From sequence record PZ386974.1: 64,000 nucleotides of DNA, one strand, 5' to 3'. The DNA is from a phage. The notes below the pieces were generated by a model. The model made no database searches. It was not told the DNA's origin and saw nothing but the letters and a program-made list of their open reading frames with translations. Position 1 is the stretch's first letter. Every line of letters begins with the position of its first letter. Positions 10,672-23,300 of this stretch are shown piece after piece. A program made the position numbers and the translations under genes.

Positions 10672-11847
10672 TTAGAAATATTTTTTGTATGAATTGATTA
10701 CATTTTGGTCTACATCATTATCAATTTGTGCGACAAGATAAGAACTGATTTCAACTTCCTGAGGAGCTGCTTGAACTAAATCAGAGTTCAGATATTCACG
10801 AATCCAAGGATACGGATGCTTTGTCGGAGCATCAGTGATTGGGCATGGCAAACCACACTGTTTCATACGAGACACAGTCAAGTAATCAACAAAAGCACAC
10901 ATACTCTGTGTATTGATGCCTGGGCATGTACCGTCTTTAAAGAGGTGTGCAGCCCATTCCTTCTCTTGACTATTTACTTCCATAAAAATGTCAACTGCTT
11001 CTTGTTCACATTCTTTAGCAATTTGAACCCACTCATCACCGTCAGTACCAGATTGAAGTTGACGGATAATGTACTGAGTACCCTTGAGATGGAGTTGTTC
11101 GTCACGAGCAATGAACTTCATAATCTTTGCATTACCTTCCATAATTTCCATATTTTTATGGAAGTTGAAAGTACATGCAAATGATACGTAAAAACGAATA
11201 GCTTCTAAGGCGTTGATAACATGCAAACAGAGATAAAGAGACTTCATTAAATCACGCTTGGCGTTAAACATTATTTCTTCGTACATCTCAATATCATTCT
11301 GCTGGCATGAGCCTATTGAATACTCATAATTTTCCTTAGCATTTTCCCAATGACGAGTCTTGACTAGAACATCATCGTAATATTTACCTATTGATTCAGC
11401 TCGTTTCATGATTGCTTCGTCTAATACAATCTCATCAAATACCTTAGATGGGTCTGTATAAAGATTTCGCATAATATGAGTATACGAACGAGAGTGAATA
11501 GTTTCACTGAAAGTCCATGTTGCAACCCATGTATCTAATGAAGGGTCAGAAATCAGTGCCATAAGTACCGCAGATGGGGCCCTGCCTTGGATAGAATCTA
11601 ATAATGATTGATACTTAAGATTGTTTGTAAAGATGTCCTGTTGGAACTGAGGAAGCTTATTGAACTGCGCAGAGTCCAACATCAAGTTTACCTCTTCGGG
11701 GCGCCAGAAAAATGACAATTGCTTTTCGGTCAAATCTTCAAAAACTTTATGGCGTTGAATATCATAACGCGCAATACCAAGACCAGAACCAAAGAACATC
11801 GGTTCATTCAAAACATCGACTTGTTGTGTGTTAAAAACTGTACTCAT
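10672..11847 (-). CDS. nrdB: ribonucleotide reductase small (beta) subunit
   Basis: Ferritin-like RNR R2 fold with di-iron ligand motifs; track start 11859 is GTG, in-frame ATG at 11847 gives MSTVFNTQQ...; single uninterrupted ORF. Confidence 0.9.
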   Translation of the reverse strand: MSTVFNTQQVDVLNEPMFFGSGLGIARYDIQRHKVFEDLTEKQLSFFWRPEEVNLMLDSAQFNKLPQFQQDIFTNNLKYQSLLDSIQGRAPSAVLMALISDPSLDTWVATWTFSETIHSRSYTHIMRNLYTDPSKVFDEIVLDEAIMKRAESIGKYYDDVLVKTRHWENAKENYEYSIGSCQQNDIEMYEEIMFNAKRDLMKSLYLCLHVINALEAIRFYVSFACTFNFHKNMEIMEGNAKIMKFIARDEQLHLKGTQYIIRQLQSGTDGDEWVQIAKECEQEAVDIFMEVNSQEKEWAAHLFKDGTCPGINTQSMCAFVDYLTVSRMKQCGLPCPITDAPTKHPYPWIREYLNSDLVQAAPQEVEISSYLVAQIDNDVDQNVINSYKKYF

Positions 11848-11900
11848 TATATTTCTCACTTAGTTTTAACTCATCCATGAGTAAATTATAATCAAAAGTC

Positions 11901-14156
11901 TTAAAGCTTACAAGCAGAACAATCTTCAGCTTTAGGTGTTTCTAATTCATAGTCATCTGTACCCGACCCATCACGAGTGTTATGATAGTAGAGGTTTTTT
12001 CCGCCAAAGTACCAGAAGTAAAGCAGATCGTCAAGCATTACTGACATTGGCACTTTACCTTTCTCAAATACTGCAGGGTCATAGTAAGTATTAGCAGAAG
12101 CAGATTGGCACACCCATTTCAACATGATAGCAACTTGGGTCAAATAAGGTTTATTACCTTTCTTAGCAAGTTTCCACGCGTAGTCGTAAAGACTCATGTT
12201 ATGTTCGATATTAGGAACAACCTGTCGGAAGTTGCCTTCTTTAGATTCTTTAATACTTACTGGACCGCGCGGAGGCTCAATCCCGTTTGTAGAGTTCGAT
12301 ACTTGACTGCTTGACTCACAAGGCATGAGTGCAGACAACGTTGAGTTACGAATTCCATGTTCTTTGAGTTCAGCTCGAAGTTCTTCCCAGTCACAGACGT
12401 AGTTCGGGGCTGCGATTTGGTCAATCTTTTTATTGTACCAGTCGATAGGTAATTCGCCTCTAGACCATTTAGTGTCTGAATAATACTCGCAACGTCCTTT
12501 TTCTTTGGCGAGTTTGATTGAAGCTTTGATAAGGCCATATTGCAATCTCTCAAACAATTCATGAGTCAAATCGTTAGCGTCTTCATATGAAGCAAAGTTA
12601 GAAGCTAACCATGCAGCATAGTTCGTCACACCGACACCGAGGTTTCGACGCTTTTTAGCTTTTAAAGCTTCTGGAACCGGATAATCTTGATAGTCTAACA
12701 GGTTATCAAGTGCACGTACTTGTACTTCAGCAAGTTCATTAATTTTATCTTGGTCTTGCCAATCAAATTTATCTAATACAAAAGCAGATAATGTGCATAA
12801 ACCGATTTCAGCGTCAGGTCCATTCACATCATTAGTTGGAATAGCGATTTCACAACATAAGTTACTTTGACGAATTGGAGCTTTTTCACGAATAAATGGA
12901 GTGTAGTTATTCGTGTTATCAACAAACTGCGGATAAATTCGAGCAGTGCCAGAACGTTCAGTCATGAACAATTCAAAGAGTTCTAGTGCTTTGATTCTTT
13001 TCTTTCTGATTGTTGGGTCTTTTTCAGCTTTCTCATAAAGCTCACGGAATTTATCTTGATCTTCAAAGAACGAGTAGTATAGTTCGCCTGACATTTCGTG
13101 AGGGCTAAATAAAGTAATATAATCATTTTTGCCAAGGCGTTCCATCATGAGGTCATTAATCTGAATTCCATAGTCCATATGTCGAATACGGTTTTCATCC
13201 ACGCCTTTGTTATTTTTCAGAACTAATAGGTTCTCTACTTCTAAGTGCCACATCGGATAATACGCTGTAGCAGCACCGCCACGAATACCACCTTGAGAAC
13301 AAGATTTTACTGCAGTTTGGAAATGTTTCCAGAATGGAATAACACCTGTATGTCGAACTTCACCCATACCGATCTTAGAACCTTCTGCACGAAGCATACC
13401 AACGTTGATACCGATACCAGCTCGTTTAGAAATATATTCAATAATTGATGCTGAAGTTTTGTTAATAGATTTTAACGAATCACCGGCTTCAATAACTACA
13501 CAACTAGAGAACTGGCGAGTCGGAGTACGAGCACCTGCCATAATTGGGGTTGGCAATGAAACTTGATGAGTAGAAACGGCATCATAAAAACGAATAATAT
13601 GTTTCAAACGGTCATGAGTTTCGTTTTGGTGTAAGGCCATGCCAATAGCCATGATAGCAAACTGGGGAGTTTCATAAATCTTCCCAGTTGTTTTATCTTT
13701 AACTAGATATTTTTCTTTAAGCTGCATAGCACCAGCATAAGTCAGGTCAAAGTCTCGTCCATGTTTAATCTGTGAATCGAGATAAATGATTTCTTCTGCT
13801 GAATATTGAGACAACAGCTCAGGGTCATATTTGCCTTCATTAACACAATAAGAAATATGGTCGATAAAAGCAGGCGGTTCAAACTGCCCATATACATCTT
13901 TACGAAGTGCAAACATTAGCCCTTTGGCGGCGACATACTGATAATCAGGTTCTTCGACAGAAATCGAGTTAGCTGCAACTTTAATACAAATCTTCTGAAT
14001 ATCTTTGGTGCTCATCCCGTCAACAAGATGGGTCTTAATTTCTTCGTACAATTCATATGGGTCAATTTGTGTTCCTTCACATTGCCAAGTTAAGACTTGA
14101 ATAATTTTCTGTGCATCAAAATTTTGGGATACACCACTGCTCTTAGTTACTTGCAT
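11901..14156 (-). CDS. nrdA: ribonucleotide reductase large (alpha) subunit
   Basis: 751 aa class Ia RNR R1; ATG start; adjacent to nrdB. Confidence 0.93.
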   Translation of the reverse strand: MQVTKSSGVSQNFDAQKIIQVLTWQCEGTQIDPYELYEEIKTHLVDGMSTKDIQKICIKVAANSISVEEPDYQYVAAKGLMFALRKDVYGQFEPPAFIDHISYCVNEGKYDPELLSQYSAEEIIYLDSQIKHGRDFDLTYAGAMQLKEKYLVKDKTTGKIYETPQFAIMAIGMALHQNETHDRLKHIIRFYDAVSTHQVSLPTPIMAGARTPTRQFSSCVVIEAGDSLKSINKTSASIIEYISKRAGIGINVGMLRAEGSKIGMGEVRHTGVIPFWKHFQTAVKSCSQGGIRGGAATAYYPMWHLEVENLLVLKNNKGVDENRIRHMDYGIQINDLMMERLGKNDYITLFSPHEMSGELYYSFFEDQDKFRELYEKAEKDPTIRKKRIKALELFELFMTERSGTARIYPQFVDNTNNYTPFIREKAPIRQSNLCCEIAIPTNDVNGPDAEIGLCTLSAFVLDKFDWQDQDKINELAEVQVRALDNLLDYQDYPVPEALKAKKRRNLGVGVTNYAAWLASNFASYEDANDLTHELFERLQYGLIKASIKLAKEKGRCEYYSDTKWSRGELPIDWYNKKIDQIAAPNYVCDWEELRAELKEHGIRNSTLSALMPCESSSQVSNSTNGIEPPRGPVSIKESKEGNFRQVVPNIEHNMSLYDYAWKLAKKGNKPYLTQVAIMLKWVCQSASANTYYDPAVFEKGKVPMSVMLDDLLYFWYFGGKNLYYHNTRDGSGTDDYELETPKAEDCSACKL

Positions 14157-14243
14157 ATATTCCTCAGTATAGGTTGATAGACATTACTCCAAACGGGATA
14201 GTATTTATCCCGTTAATTTATTATACACCTTTAAACTGAAGCG

Positions 14244-14498
14244 TTAATTATCCTTAGCAATAATTTCTTCGTATTCTTTAGGTGTCAAGACTGTGATATT
14301 GAAATAAACCAACGGTTCTTTTTCCATACCGAATCCACCACAGAATTCACGATATTCATAAATTCGTTCATGTGAATAACAAATGAATCGTTCACCTTTA
14401 ACTGTGATTTCACTATTTGGTGAAGGGATATCCAGTTCACTTGGATTTTTCATTTCAAAAATTGTGGTGCCATATGAATTAATAAAACGTAAAATCAT
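14244..14498 (-). CDS. hypothetical protein (84 aa)
   Basis: ORF track; between nrdA and td. Confidence 0.5.
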   Translation of the reverse strand: MILRFINSYGTTIFEMKNPSELDIPSPNSEITVKGERFICYSHERIYEYREFCGGFGMEKEPLVYFNITVLTPKEYEEIIAKDN

Positions 14499-14499
14499 T

Positions 14500-16185
<1,686 letters not shown>

Positions 16186-16187
16186 AA

Positions 16188-16436
16188 TTATTTCCTCAGA
16201 TTTTTCTTAACAACTTTCCAATCAGCTTTAAACTGATCGACGTCAGAATGATAAATCCAGAATCCTGCACTTTCACCATCTTCGTAGAGTGGACATCCAT
16301 CACATTCTTCGTTCCAACCCATTTCGCGTAAAGCTTCTTCAGCTTGTTCAAGGAGTTCAGCGTCTTTACCAACAATGTTGAAGTACCATTTACCTCTAAC
16401 TTCAGAATCTTTGATGCTCTGGCGTTGCAATCTCAT
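16188..16436 (-). CDS. hypothetical protein (82 aa)
   Basis: Track ORF starts with GTG at 16451; in-frame ATG at 16436 has strong SD GAAGGAG. Confidence 0.5.
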   Translation of the reverse strand: MRLQRQSIKDSEVRGKWYFNIVGKDAELLEQAEEALREMGWNEECDGCPLYEDGESAGFWIYHSDVDQFKADWKVVKKNLRK

Positions 16437-16498
16437 TTTATTCTCCTTCACTTTTGATTTGATAGGGCTACTATAACATAACCCTATCTGATTGTATA

Positions 16499-16903
16499 CT
16501 ACTTTTTAAAAGTTTTTTGCAAAAGTTTGATGATTTCGTCGACGTTGGTTTCATCTACGATACAATGGATTTTTGTTACACCTAAAGTTATACCTTCGTT
16601 AGTAGGTTGAGGCTTTACTAAATCTACCTCAGTAAAGTACTCAATAAAGTATTTGAACTCGTCAGGATAAATCTCAAAATAAGTTTCAATTTCACCACCG
16701 GCAGAACATACAGTACCATCTTCCATAGTTACACTTACTACGTTTGACGTATCGCTATCATAATCAGGTTCCATTCCGTTTACAACAAAACTAGGCCCGT
16801 GGAGTTCAATCAATTTTAACATCTTAGCGTTATTATGTGGTGCTTCTTGAACAAAGTCGTCTTTAAATAAAGGGTTAATGATATAAGATTTTCCGATTTC
16901 CAT
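16499..16903 (-). CDS. hypothetical protein (134 aa)
   Basis: ORF track; ATG start; promoter upstream. Confidence 0.5.
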   Translation of the reverse strand: MEIGKSYIINPLFKDDFVQEAPHNNAKMLKLIELHGPSFVVNGMEPDYDSDTSNVVSVTMEDGTVCSAGGEIETYFEIYPDEFKYFIEYFTEVDLVKPQPTNEGITLGVTKIHCIVDETNVDEIIKLLQKTFKK

Positions 16904-16932
16904 TTTGATTTCCTCATGTTGTTGATATGACT

Positions 16933-16961
16933 ATACTAACACATCTAGTGAAGAAGTAAAC
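16933..16961 (-). promoter_or_regulatory. sigma70-type early promoter (-35 GTTTAC, 17 bp, -10 TAGTAT)
   Basis: Minus strand GTTTAC 16961..16956 and TAGTAT 16938..16933, between gene 32 terminator and next ORF. Confidence 0.45.
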
Positions 16962-16992
16962 AACTTTTTCGGTAATTTATAGATACTCAAAA

Positions 16993-17010
16993 GGGAGACC
17001 GAAGTCTCCC
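16993..17010 (-). terminator. intrinsic terminator GGGAGAC-CGAA-GUCUCCC plus U-run (gene 32 terminator)
   Basis: 7-bp stem, UUCG loop on transcript, A-run on plus strand left of stem; 6 nt after gene 32 stop. Confidence 0.65.
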
Positions 17011-17016
17011 GATTTA

Positions 17017-17919
17017 TTATAGACCAGCTAACAGGTCATCGAGGTCGCCATCATCAGAGGATGAGGTAGAGCTCATGAAGTCATCTTCAGTTTTTGCAGA
17101 ACTAAAGGCTTCCATGTCTTTATCAAAATCGTCAAGGTCAGAAGCAACTTTATCTGCAACAGAAGCTGCGGCAGCTGCTGCACCACCAAGAGCGGCAGTA
17201 CCAAGAACCTTAGCGAAAGATTCATTTAATTTTTCAAATGATTTGAACTGGTCTTTAGCCGTCAAAGTAGTAAGGTCTACCATCTGGTCATATAGTTCTT
17301 TCTGGAATGCTTCGTCATTAATACGAGGAATTTCAGACTGACCCAAGAATTTAGATTCGTCATAGTTGCTAAAACCGGAAACCTGCTTAGCTTTCAGAAC
17401 GAAGTTAGCACCTTCAAACGGACAAGTAACATCAACTGGAGTTTCACCCATTTCGGTATCAACTGCAATCATTGCATTGATTTTGTCCCAAATCTTTTTA
17501 CCGAAACGATATTTAAATACTTTACCTTCGTTATCTGGAGCTTGAGGATCTTTAACAACCAGAATATTAGCCCAATAAGAAGTTTTACGTTTCAGTTGAG
17601 AATATTCAGCTTTGTTGGTATTGTACAGGTCATTTTTACTAATGTACTGACATACAGGACAAGAGTCATAATCACCATGTGTAGAAGAGCAATTTTCAAT
17701 ATACCATTTACCATTTTTCTTGAAACCATGGTTAACAAGAATTGCAAATGGTAGTGCATCATCAGTTTTTGCTGGCAAGAAACGAATTACCGCTTGACCA
17801 TTACCGGATGCATCTAGCTTCAGCTTCCATTCGCCTTTATCTTCTGAAGAGAAACCTTTGTTACCATTCAGTTTAGCCATTTGAGCAGCGAGGTCAGCAG
17901 TAGATTTACGTTTAAACAT
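17017..17919 (-). CDS. 32: single-stranded DNA-binding protein gp32
   Basis: 300 aa; zinc-binding H..C..C..C region ([11 protein letters not shown]) and acidic Ser/Asp-rich C-tail; matches T4 gp32. Confidence 0.93.
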   Translation of the reverse strand: MFKRKSTADLAAQMAKLNGNKGFSSEDKGEWKLKLDASGNGQAVIRFLPAKTDDALPFAILVNHGFKKNGKWYIENCSSTHGDYDSCPVCQYISKNDLYNTNKAEYSQLKRKTSYWANILVVKDPQAPDNEGKVFKYRFGKKIWDKINAMIAVDTEMGETPVDVTCPFEGANFVLKAKQVSGFSNYDESKFLGQSEIPRINDEAFQKELYDQMVDLTTLTAKDQFKSFEKLNESFAKVLGTAALGGAAAAAASVADKVASDLDDFDKDMEAFSSAKTEDDFMSSTSSSDDGDLDDLLAGL

Positions 17920-18037
17920 GGATTATTACCTTTTATTTAGATTATTTAATTTATTTACAGTTGGTTGCTACGACACTTATACCTCGTAGCTGGTATGATT
18001 TATTTATAAAGTAATTTTAACACACAAGAAATAAAGC

Positions 18038-18691
18038 TTAATACTTACATGATTTGATTGTTTCTATGAACAATTTCTTAGCAGCATTTCCATCGATTTG
18101 AAGTATTTTTCGATATGCCTTTAATTTGGTAGAATAATTTTGCCAGACTAAGTTATCGGTGAGTTCGTCGTGCTTATCTATAATATTCAAAAATGAATCT
18201 AACAACAAGAAGGTTTCAAATGAAATTACATTGCTTTGTAGCAATTTAAATATGTAGCTCGACTGAACTTTATTATTATAATCAAATATCTCTTGAAGCG
18301 CGCTAACTTCAACTTTCTTACTGAAATAGTAGATGTTACGTACATCTTCAGCAAACGTCTCCTTGGCTTGTTTGAGACGTCCAATATATTCCCTATAGAA
18401 AACTAATGCATCAGCGTCTGATATCTCACCAATCCATGCGTCTTGGTTAGCAACTAAGTTGCTTATGAATATCAAGGTGAGTTCCTTCAATTTATATTTC
18501 TCTGCTAGTTTTTCAAAGAAATATTTATCTCGGCGTTTTTGATACGCATTATCCGAAACACGCATGCACCAGTTATATTTGATTACGTCATACCGACCAT
18601 TAAAATGTTGTTTGCACATCAAGTATAGTTTGTATACCGATTTTCCGTTAATATAACGTTCTCCATCAGGAGGCATGCGTATTTTAATCAT
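18038..18691 (-). CDS. 59: helicase loader gp59
   Basis: 217 aa, same length and collinear with T4 gp59 as recalled. Confidence 0.88.
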   Translation of the reverse strand: MIKIRMPPDGERYINGKSVYKLYLMCKQHFNGRYDVIKYNWCMRVSDNAYQKRRDKYFFEKLAEKYKLKELTLIFISNLVANQDAWIGEISDADALVFYREYIGRLKQAKETFAEDVRNIYYFSKKVEVSALQEIFDYNNKVQSSYIFKLLQSNVISFETFLLLDSFLNIIDKHDELTDNLVWQNYSTKLKAYRKILQIDGNAAKKLFIETIKSCKY

Positions 18692-19026
18692 AATAAGAAA
18701 TCTAACGTATTAGTTTTTTCACCACGAGCAACTGATGGGCGAAGCATATTTTCGTCAATTGCTTCGCTTGTAATTTTTTCAACAATTCCTGTAGGAATAA
18801 ATTTAGCAAATTGTGTTTCTGGGATAGAATTTTCTTCCAAGAAAGCAGTTGTTGCTTCTAAATAAGACATACCAAATTGTTCAACCATGGATTCGATAAT
18901 GAATCCGTTTTCTTGTCGGTCAAGCAATTTAGCGATATCATCTTTATCGTGTTTTACTGCTAATTCTTGTTCAGATAAACCGGCCTCATCAACCGGTTTA
19001 ATATCACTTAGTGAAAACTGTGTCAT
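18688..19026 (-). CDS. 33: late transcription accessory protein gp33
   Basis: 112 aa, same length and collinear with T4 gp33 as recalled; ATGA overlap with gene 59. Confidence 0.8.
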   Translation of the reverse strand: MTQFSLSDIKPVDEAGLSEQELAVKHDKDDIAKLLDRQENGFIIESMVEQFGMSYLEATTAFLEENSIPETQFAKFIPTGIVEKITSEAIDENMLRPSVARGEKTNTLDFLL

Positions 19027-19273
19027 AAAGCTCGACTACCTCTTCGTTTTCAGCTTCAAATTGGTCACGAGCGTCTTTATGATAAAGAGCTAACAAACGA
19101 TTAAACATTTTTCCATCGACACCAAGCTCTTCTTTAGCACGAGTACGAATGTCTTTAATCAGTTCATTATAACCAGAAATTTTAAGTTTGTTATCGGAAG
19201 CTTCCTTGACTAGTTTAGCCAGTTCTTCACCATGCACATCTTGATTAAATTCAACTGCTTCTTTCTTAGCCAT
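19004..19273 (-). CDS. dsbA: dsDNA-binding protein DsbA
   Basis: Track ORF 19004..19291; ATG at 19273 has SD GAGGT and gives 89 aa as in T4 DsbA; the longer start would overlap rnh. Confidence 0.7.
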   Translation of the reverse strand: MAKKEAVEFNQDVHGEELAKLVKEASDNKLKISGYNELIKDIRTRAKEELGVDGKMFNRLLALYHKDARDQFEAENEEVVELYDTVFTK

Positions 19274-19280
19274 GTTTACC

Positions 19281-20198
19281 TCAGAATTCATTAATTACAC
19301 TTGTTAATTTAGAAAGGCCAGATTTTACAAAGTATGAATAAATCTTGCCTTTAGGTTGTTGTTTATATGAGTTATAATACTCTATAATGGTTGAAGCAAT
19401 ATTATCAGGGATATAATCAAAATCAATGAGAACCAAATTTTCTTGATACCGTTTATATTCTTCTGCACTTAATAATACTTCAGCTTGAGAACGGTCATTA
19501 GCAATTGCTTCAATAATTGATGTTTTCATGCTTGGAGTTCGTTCACCATCAACTCTGGTAAACCAGAAGTCGCCACGAACTCGAACAGATGCAACGCCGT
19601 CTTTACGGTCACCTTTAAGAATTTTAGTCATGCAATCAATTTCAGCAGAACCGTTCTTAATTTTAACCCATTTTTTCTGTGGTGGCGACCACTGTTTAAC
19701 GTTAGGATATTTGTGTAATTGTGTAAAGTCACCATCTGATGCAACAATACATACCTTATGACCAGCTAATGACAAATATTTAGTTAATACACCGATATGG
19801 TCGTCCGCTTCATACTTGTCAATATCCATTACAACGTATGGCATGTATTTCTTAATCTCATCAACAACTTGATGGAGTGCAGTAAAATATCCTTCCCAAT
19901 CCCACTTTGAAGCTTCACGATCGGTTTTACGATTTTTCTTGTAATAGTAAGCAAAGTCACGACGCCAATAACCTGAAGTAGCATTATCCATACACAATAC
20001 AAATTTTGTATAGCCTTGCTTACGGAACATCACTACGTTTTTACGAATTGAATTCAAGATTACATGTCGAACCATTGGAACAGTAATTTTATCACCGTCT
20101 TCAAAGTTGTTTAATGCGGCTGCCAACGCAATGTTACTAAAGTCGGCAAGTGCAATACCTTCTTTGTAATCTTCATCCAACATCATTTCTAAATCCAT
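19281..20198 (-). CDS. rnh: RNase H (5'-3' exonuclease, FEN-1 family)
   Basis: 305 aa, same length and collinear with T4 RNase H as recalled; ATG start. Confidence 0.9.
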   Translation of the reverse strand: MDLEMMLDEDYKEGIALADFSNIALAAALNNFEDGDKITVPMVRHVILNSIRKNVVMFRKQGYTKFVLCMDNATSGYWRRDFAYYYKKNRKTDREASKWDWEGYFTALHQVVDEIKKYMPYVVMDIDKYEADDHIGVLTKYLSLAGHKVCIVASDGDFTQLHKYPNVKQWSPPQKKWVKIKNGSAEIDCMTKILKGDRKDGVASVRVRGDFWFTRVDGERTPSMKTSIIEAIANDRSQAEVLLSAEEYKRYQENLVLIDFDYIPDNIASTIIEYYNSYKQQPKGKIYSYFVKSGLSKLTSVINEF

Positions 20199-20230
20199 AT
20201 GAACCTCTTGTTCAGTTAGTCAACTTGTCT

Positions 20231-20260
20231 ATAGTAACACACTCATTTGAAAGCGTAAAC
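20231..20260 (-). promoter_or_regulatory. sigma70-type promoter for rnh (-35 GTTTAC, 18 bp, -10 TACTAT)
   Basis: Minus strand GTTTAC 20260..20255, TACTAT 20236..20231, about 33 nt upstream of the rnh ATG. Confidence 0.5.
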
Positions 20261-20263
20261 TGG

Positions 20264-20271
20264 TATAAATA
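20264..20271 (+). promoter_or_regulatory. late promoter TATAAATA for gene 34
   Basis: Exact T4 late-promoter octamer on plus strand, 30 nt upstream of gene 34 ATG (20302). Confidence 0.6.
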
Positions 20272-20301
20272 AGTATTATTGAAACAATAAAGGAAAAACG
20301 A

Positions 20302-23300
20302 ATGGCCGACATCAAACGTAAGTTCAGAGCCGAAGACGGTCTGGACGCCGGTGGCGACAAGATTGTTAACGTAGCATTAGCCGACCGTACAGTAGGTACT
20401 GATGGCGTAAACGTTGACTTCCTGGTACAAGAAAACACCGTTCAAGTATATGATTCTACGCGTGGATATAACAAAGGATTTGTTGTTCTTTATGACAACC
20501 GTTTATATCAAGCAATAAATGATATCGTGTCTCCTTCCGGGGCATTTAACCTTTTACAATGGCGTGCAGTTCGTACCGATGCACAATGGATAACTGTAGC
20601 TTCTGGGACTTATCAACTTTCTTCAGGTGAATCGATTTCGGTTAACACCAGTGCCGGCAATGATATGGTTTTCACGTTGCCAAATGCGCCGGTTGATGGT
20701 GACACTATTGTTTTGGCTGATATTGGTGGAAGAACCGGGGCAGTTAAAGTACAGATTAACGCGTCTGTGCAGAGTATTTTAAACTTTAGAGGCGAACAAG
20801 TTCGTACAGTTTTAATGACGCGTCCGCGTTCACAACTAGTGTTTGTGTTTAGTAATCGTTTGTGGCAGATGTATATCATTGATTACGGTAAAGAATCAAT
20901 CACTGTTACACCTGCTACACCATATCAAGCGCAAGCAAACGATTTTATTGTTCTTCGTTTTACTAGTGCAGCACCAATCAACATTACACTTCCACGTAAT
21001 GCTAACAATGGTGATATAATCAGCCTAGTTGATTTAGATAAATTAAACCCACTGTATCATACGATTATTAAAACATTTGATGATACAACGTCTATTGGCG
21101 AAGTCGGGACTCATATCGTCGAAGGTAGAACTTCTTCTGACGCGTTTTTTGTTTTTGATGCTGCAAATAGTTTATGGCGTATATGGGAAGGCGACCAGAA
21201 ATCACGTCTTCGTATTATCCGTACAGATTCAAATATTCGCCCAAATGAAGAAGTTCTTATTTTTGGTACAAATAACGCTACAGCAGAAACTATTAACCTT
21301 ACGCTTCCTACAGGAATTTTGACCGGTGACACTGTTAAAATTTCAATGAACTACATGCGTAAAGGCCAAACAGTAAAAATTAAAGCTGCCGAAGGTGATA
21401 CAATTGCTTCTTCTGTCGCATTACTTCAGTTCCCTAAACGTTCTGAATATCCACCTGATACTCAATGGGTCTCTGTTACTGAACTAGAATTCAATGGCAC
21501 TACTTCATATGTTCCTGTATTAGAATTAGCGTATATCGAAGACACCGATTCTGACACTCATTATTGGGTTGTGCAACAGAATGTCCCTACAGTAGAACGT
21601 GTTGATGCCGGAACTGATGCTACACGAGCTCGTTTAGGTGTTATTGCTCTTGCTACTCAAGCGCAAGCAAATGCTGATTTAGAGAATACTCCAGCTAAAG
21701 AAGTGGCTATTACTCCTGAAACGTTGGCAAATCGTACAGCAACTGAAGCTCGACGTGGTATCGCTAAAATTGCTACAACAGCACAAGTTAACCAGAATTC
21801 CACAGCATCATTTGTGGACGATACTGTTGTTACGCCTAAAAAACTAAATGAGCGTACAGCAACTGAAACTCGTCGTGGTCTTGCTGAAATTGCTACTCAG
21901 ACTGAAACCGATGCTGGTCTTGATGACACAACGATTATTACACCTAAGAAATTGCAGGCACGTCAGGGTTCTGAAACACTATCTGGTATAGTTAAATATG
22001 TATCAACTACTTCTGCTACTCCGGCTGCATCTCGTGGAGCTGCAGGCACTAATGTTTATAATAAAGACACAACCACGTTAACTATTTCTCCTAAAGCCCT
22101 TGACCAATATAAAGCAACTTATGCTCAACAAGGTGCAGTAATTTTAGCTGTTGATAGTGAAGTAATTGCTGGTCAATCACAAGCAGGTTATTCTCATGCT
22201 GTAGTAACTCCTGAAACACTACATAAGAAAACTTCTACTGATGGACGTATTGGTTTAATTGAAATTGCTACGCAAGCAGAAACTAATGCTGGGACTGATT
22301 ATACGCGGGCAGTAACGCCTAAGACGTTAAATGATAGGAAAGCTACGGAAGGATTATCCGGCATAGCCGAACTTGCTACGCAAGTTGAATTTGATACTGG
22401 AACTGATGATACTCGTATCTCGACTCCACTGAAAATTAAAACTCATTTTGATTCTTCTGACCGTACCAGTGTTAATTCTGATTCCGGACTTATTGAAGAA
22501 GGAACCTTGTGGAACCATTATACTCTTGATATTTCTAAAGCAAATGAAACACAACGTGGTACACTTCGCGTAGCGACTCAGGCAGAATCTAATGCAGGAA
22601 CTTTAGATGATGTTCTTATTACTCCTAAAAAGCTTTTAGGGACTAAGTCCACTGAAACGTCTGAAGGTGTAATTAAGGTTGCTACTCGGGCTGAAACTGT
22701 AACAGGAACTTCTGCTAATACTGCTGTATCGCCTAAGAATTTAAAATGGATTGTCCAGAATGAACCAACATGGGCTGCTACTACGGCAATTCGTGGATTC
22801 GTTAAAACTTCATCCGGTTCTATTACATTCGTTGGTAATGATACAGTTGGTTCAACACAACCTTTAGAATCATATGAGAAAAATAGTTATGCGGTATCAC
22901 CATATGAATTAAACCGTGTACTTGCTAACTATTTGCCATTAAAAGCAAAAGCTGCTGACTCAAATTTATTAGATGGCCTAGATTCATCTCAGTTCATTCG
23001 TAGGGACATTGCACAGACGGTTAATGGTTCACTAACCTTAACCCAACAAACGAATCTGAGTGCCCCTCTTGTATCATCTAGTACTGCTACGTTTGGTGGT
23101 TCAGTTTCGGCAAATAGTACATTAACTATTTCTAATACTGGAACGGCAACTCGTCTGATTTTTGAGAAAGGACCTCAAACTGGAACTAACCCAGTGCAGA
23201 CGATGACTATCAGAGTTTGGGGAAATCAGTTTGGTGGCGGTTCAGATACAACACGTTCTACTGTATTTGAGGTTGGTGATGAAACATCTAATCACTTTTA

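Noticed and set aside
20229-20438. 69-aa minus-strand ORF overlapping the start of gene 34
   Set aside because: Overlaps the gene 34 late promoter and N-terminal coding region on the opposite strand; Ser/Arg-rich low-complexity translation
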